Part shown: in pieces, positions 59,593-60,480 of the stretch | Layout of the letters: each line of letters starts with the position of its first letter | How positions within the stretch are numbered: position 1 is the first letter of the stretch | Origin: an uncultured bacterium | GTDB lineage: Bacteria > RBG-13-66-14 | Direction of reading: 5' to 3' | DNA length: 60,480 nt | Assembly: GCA_964577465.1 (NCBI GenBank) | Contig: CAZNZF010000001.1 | Coordinates: 1 to 60,480 of the forward strand | Translations under genes and position numbers: made by a program | The notes under the pieces: model-generated | Seen by the model: only the letters and a program-made list of their open reading frames with translations | Databases searched by the model: none | What the model was told of the DNA's origin: nothing

Positions 59593-60437
59593 CCGGTCGC
59601 CTCGACGAAATTTACCGAAGCTGCGCCCTGTGCCCCAGGGCGTGCGGGGTGGACCGGACGGCTGGGGAGAGGGGGTCCTGCGGCGTGGGACCGGTGCCGC
59701 GGGTCACCTCCGCCGGTCCCCATTTCGGGGAGGAGCCGGAGCTGGTCGGGCGCGGCGGTTCGGGGACCATCTTCTTCGGCGGCTGCAACCTCCACTGCCT
59801 CTTCTGCCAGAACGCCGACATCAGCCAGCGGGCGGCGGGGAGACCCGTGGGGCCCGAGGAACTGGCCCGGCTGATGCTCACCCTGGAAAGAAACGGCTGC
59901 GAGAACGTCAACCTCGTGACGCCGACGCACATCGCCCCCCCGCTGGCCGAGGCGGTGAGGCTCGCCCGGGGGATGGGTCTGCGGGTGCCGCTGGTGTGGA
60001 ACTGCGGGGGGTACGAGAGCCGGGAGGTCGTCGAGCTGCTGGACGGCCTGGTGGAGATCTACATGCCCGATTTCAAATACGGGCCCGAGGCCCCCGCCGG
60101 TGAGCTTTCGGGAGCGCCGGATTACTTCGAGAAATGCGCCGAGGTTTTTCGAGAAATGCACCGGCAGGTGGGGGTCCTGGAAACCGACGAACGCGGCGTC
60201 GCCCGGAAGGGGCTCTTGATCCGCCACCTGGTCCTCCCGGGCGGCCTGGCCGACTCCCGGGGCGTCCTGCGGTTCATCGCGGAGCTGTCCCCGGAGAGCT
60301 ACGTCAACGTCATGGACCAGTACCGCCCGTGCCACCGGGCGGGGGAGTACGGGAGCCTGGACCGACGGCCGACCACCGGCGAGTTGGAGGACGTCCGGGG
60401 GTACGCGCGGGGGTTGGGGCTCCACCGCGGATTTTAA
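59589..60437 (+). CDS. Radical SAM protein, PflX-like (pyruvate formate-lyase activase homologue, COG1313-type)
   Basis: 282-aa ORF with an N-terminal CALCPRACGVDR cluster and the radical SAM motif CNLHCLFCQN. ATGA overlap with the upstream gene. Confidence 0.8.
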   Translation: MTGRLDEIYRSCALCPRACGVDRTAGERGSCGVGPVPRVTSAGPHFGEEPELVGRGGSGTIFFGGCNLHCLFCQNADISQRAAGRPVGPEELARLMLTLERNGCENVNLVTPTHIAPPLAEAVRLARGMGLRVPLVWNCGGYESREVVELLDGLVEIYMPDFKYGPEAPAGELSGAPDYFEKCAEVFREMHRQVGVLETDERGVARKGLLIRHLVLPGGLADSRGVLRFIAELSPESYVNVMDQYRPCHRAGEYGSLDRRPTTGELEDVRGYARGLGLHRGF

Positions 60438-60480
60438 GCAAGTACCGCGCCGATTGAAAAGGCGGGCTTCGCGGCCTCCC

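Noticed and set aside
1-60480. A search for CRISPR arrays, rRNA and tRNA genes, transposases, integrases and prophage genes.
   Set aside because: No regularly spaced direct repeats of 20 nt or longer were found. Apart from the tmRNA, no tRNA-like T-arm or acceptor ends were found. No ORF shows DDE, tyrosine-recombinase or serine-recombinase motifs. The only mobile-looking DNA is the REP-like elements and the two AT-rich single-gene islands.

Overview
This is a GC-rich bacterial chromosomal window with about 55 credible genes. Many long ORFs in the six-frame track are antisense or alternate-frame artefacts of the high GC content. No rRNA, tRNA, CRISPR array, transposase or integrase was recognised; the only RNA gene found is a tmRNA.

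Left third (1-16.3 kb):
- Nitrogen and housekeeping genes: asnA with an AT-rich asparaginase-like gene, glnA, a DUF3795 protein, iscU and an RRM RNA-binding protein.
- An MBOAT gene with a DltD-like partner.
- A zinc-ribbon / class III cyclase / AAA / TPR STAND-type protein.
- A receiver-only response regulator and a sigma54 enhancer-binding protein.
- An outer-membrane barrel, the lipocalin Blc and tmRNA.

Middle (16.3-34.7 kb):
- A chain of four minus-strand genes joined by TTGA junctions: a small membrane ORF, an MFS transporter, a histidine phosphatase and an AT-rich DUF6932-like nucleotidyltransferase.
- The tail of histidine degradation: hutI plus separate formimidoyltransferase and cyclodeaminase genes.
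- A 2-oxoacid:ferredoxin oxidoreductase operon, rmuC, rpmB, dnaX (with an A9 slippery run), ybaB, a bifunctional nuclease and ferredoxin-fused etfBA.
- Two intergenic regions filled with GTAGGGCGG-headed REP-like palindromes.

Right 25 kb (34.7-57 kb): a surface-polysaccharide locus.
- It is preceded by an exact sigma54 -24/-12 promoter and a near-consensus sigma70 promoter.
- It contains wza, a wzc BY-kinase, a nucleotide-sugar dehydrogenase, neuA/neuB/neuC-type nonulosonic-acid genes, a CBS-aminotransferase fusion, wzx, wzy and several glycosyltransferases.

Most interesting observation: a compact RiPP-like cassette sits inside this locus, between wzc and the sugar genes. It consists of:
- a PF14907-type nucleotidyltransferase;
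- a PqqD/RRE protein;
- a radical SAM/SPASM enzyme;
- an unannotated 58-aa, 4-Cys candidate precursor with a lasso-type YxxPxL leader;
- an S24/S26-fold protein carrying Cys where the nucleophile Ser is expected.
The cassette has its own exact sigma54 motif.

All family assignments come from motif recognition by eye. No searches were run.
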